A stretch of 64,000 nucleotides of DNA from a phage. A program made the translations under genes and the position numbers. How positions within the stretch are numbered: the first letter of the stretch is position 1; each line of letters opens with the position of its first letter. Shown piece by piece: positions 63,249 to 64,000 of the stretch. Location of the stretch: the sequence record PZ452598.1. One strand, 5' to 3'. Under the pieces are notes generated by a model. That model was not told the origin of the DNA. It made no database searches and saw nothing but the letters and a program-made list of their open reading frames with translations.

Positions 63249-64000
63249 ATGTTTGGTTATTTTTATAATTCGTCTTTTAGACGATATGCTACCTTGATGG
63301 GCGATTTGTTTTCAAATATCCAAATCAAACGTCAGTTAGAATCTGGTGATAAGTTTATACGTGTTCCTATTACGTATGCATCAAAGGAACACTTTATGAT
63401 GAAATTGAATAAATGGACATCAATAAATTCACAAGAAGATGTAGCTAAAGTTGAAACTATTCTACCTCGTATAAATTTACATTTAGTTGATTTTAGCTAT
63501 AATGCTCCATTTAAAACAAACATTTTAAATCAGAATTTACTGCAAAAAGGTGCAACTTCTGTAGTATCGCAGTATAATCCATCTCCTATTAAAATGATTT
63601 ATGAATTGAGTATCTTTACTCGCTATGAAGATGATATGTTTCAAATAGTTGAACAGATTCTTCCATATTTTCAACCTCATTTTAATACAACTATGTACGA
63701 GCAGTTTGGAAATGATATTCCATTTAAAAGGGATATTAAAATTGTACTGATGTCTGCTGCTATAGACGAAGCTATAGATGGGGATAATTTATCTCGTCGT
63801 AGAATTGAATGGTCATTAACATTTGAAGTAAATGGATGGATGTATCCTCCAGTAGATGATGCAGAAGGATTAATTCGTACTACTTATACAGATTTTCACG
63901 CCAATACAAGAGATTTGCCTGACGGCGAAGGTGTTTTTGAATCTGTCGATAGCGAAGTTGTTCCTCGAGATATTGACCCAGAAGACTGGGATGGAACAGT
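63249..64000 (+). CDS. 15: tail sheath stabiliser / tail terminator gp15, 3' end beyond window
   Basis: ATG at 63249 with SD AGGAGAAG (MFGYFYNSSFRRYATL...). Frame open to the window end. Confidence 0.85.
   Translation, partial: MFGYFYNSSFRRYATLMGDLFSNIQIKRQLESGDKFIRVPITYASKEHFMMKLNKWTSINSQEDVAKVETILPRINLHLVDFSYNAPFKTNILNQNLLQKGATSVVSQYNPSPIKMIYELSIFTRYEDDMFQIVEQILPYFQPHFNTTMYEQFGNDIPFKRDIKIVLMSAAIDEAIDGDNLSRRRIEWSLTFEVNGWMYPPVDDAEGLIRTTYTDFHANTRDLPDGEGVFESVDSEVVPRDIDPEDWDGT

Overview
This window is a contiguous segment of a T4-type (T-even, Tequatrovirus-like) myovirus genome, gene-for-gene colinear with phage T4 from gene 43 to gene 15. Positions 1-45218 are almost entirely minus-strand early/middle genes: DNA polymerase 43 (3' end off-window), regA, clamp loader 62/44, clamp 45, rpbA, recombination nuclease 46/47, alpha-glucosyltransferase, late sigma factor 55, anaerobic RNR genes nrdH/nrdG/nrdD (nrdD split by a 1033-nt group I intron carrying I-TevII), endonuclease VII, pin, nrdC, a hyperplastic block of uncharacterised ORFs, rI, tk, vs/regB, denV, ipII/ipIII, lysozyme e, nudE, an 8-tRNA cluster with small stable RNAs and segB, ipI, 57B/57A, genes 1, 3, 2, 4. 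From 45266 the strand switches to plus-strand late baseplate, tail-fibre and neck genes 53, 5, 5.1, segC, 5.4, 6-12, wac, 13, 14 and the start of 15. I found no CRISPR array, rRNA, integrase or obvious bacterial defence island; this is lytic phage DNA. The points most worth a second look are a tandem array of four paralogous coiled-coil proteins, tandemly duplicated small membrane-protein genes, a macro-domain (DarG/TARG1-like) ORF, anti-CBASS candidates (57B/Acb1-like, vs.4/Acb2-like), a GrcA-like glycyl-radical cofactor, five homing-endonuclease genes, and a repeated early-promoter/leader cassette. All gene identifications rest on reading the translations against remembered T4 proteins; no database search was run. 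CDS coordinates follow the supplied ORF track, with starts trimmed where an internal ATG with a Shine-Dalgarno or ATGA overlap is visible. Hand-read coordinates for tRNAs, hairpins, promoters and splice junctions may be off by 1-2 nt.
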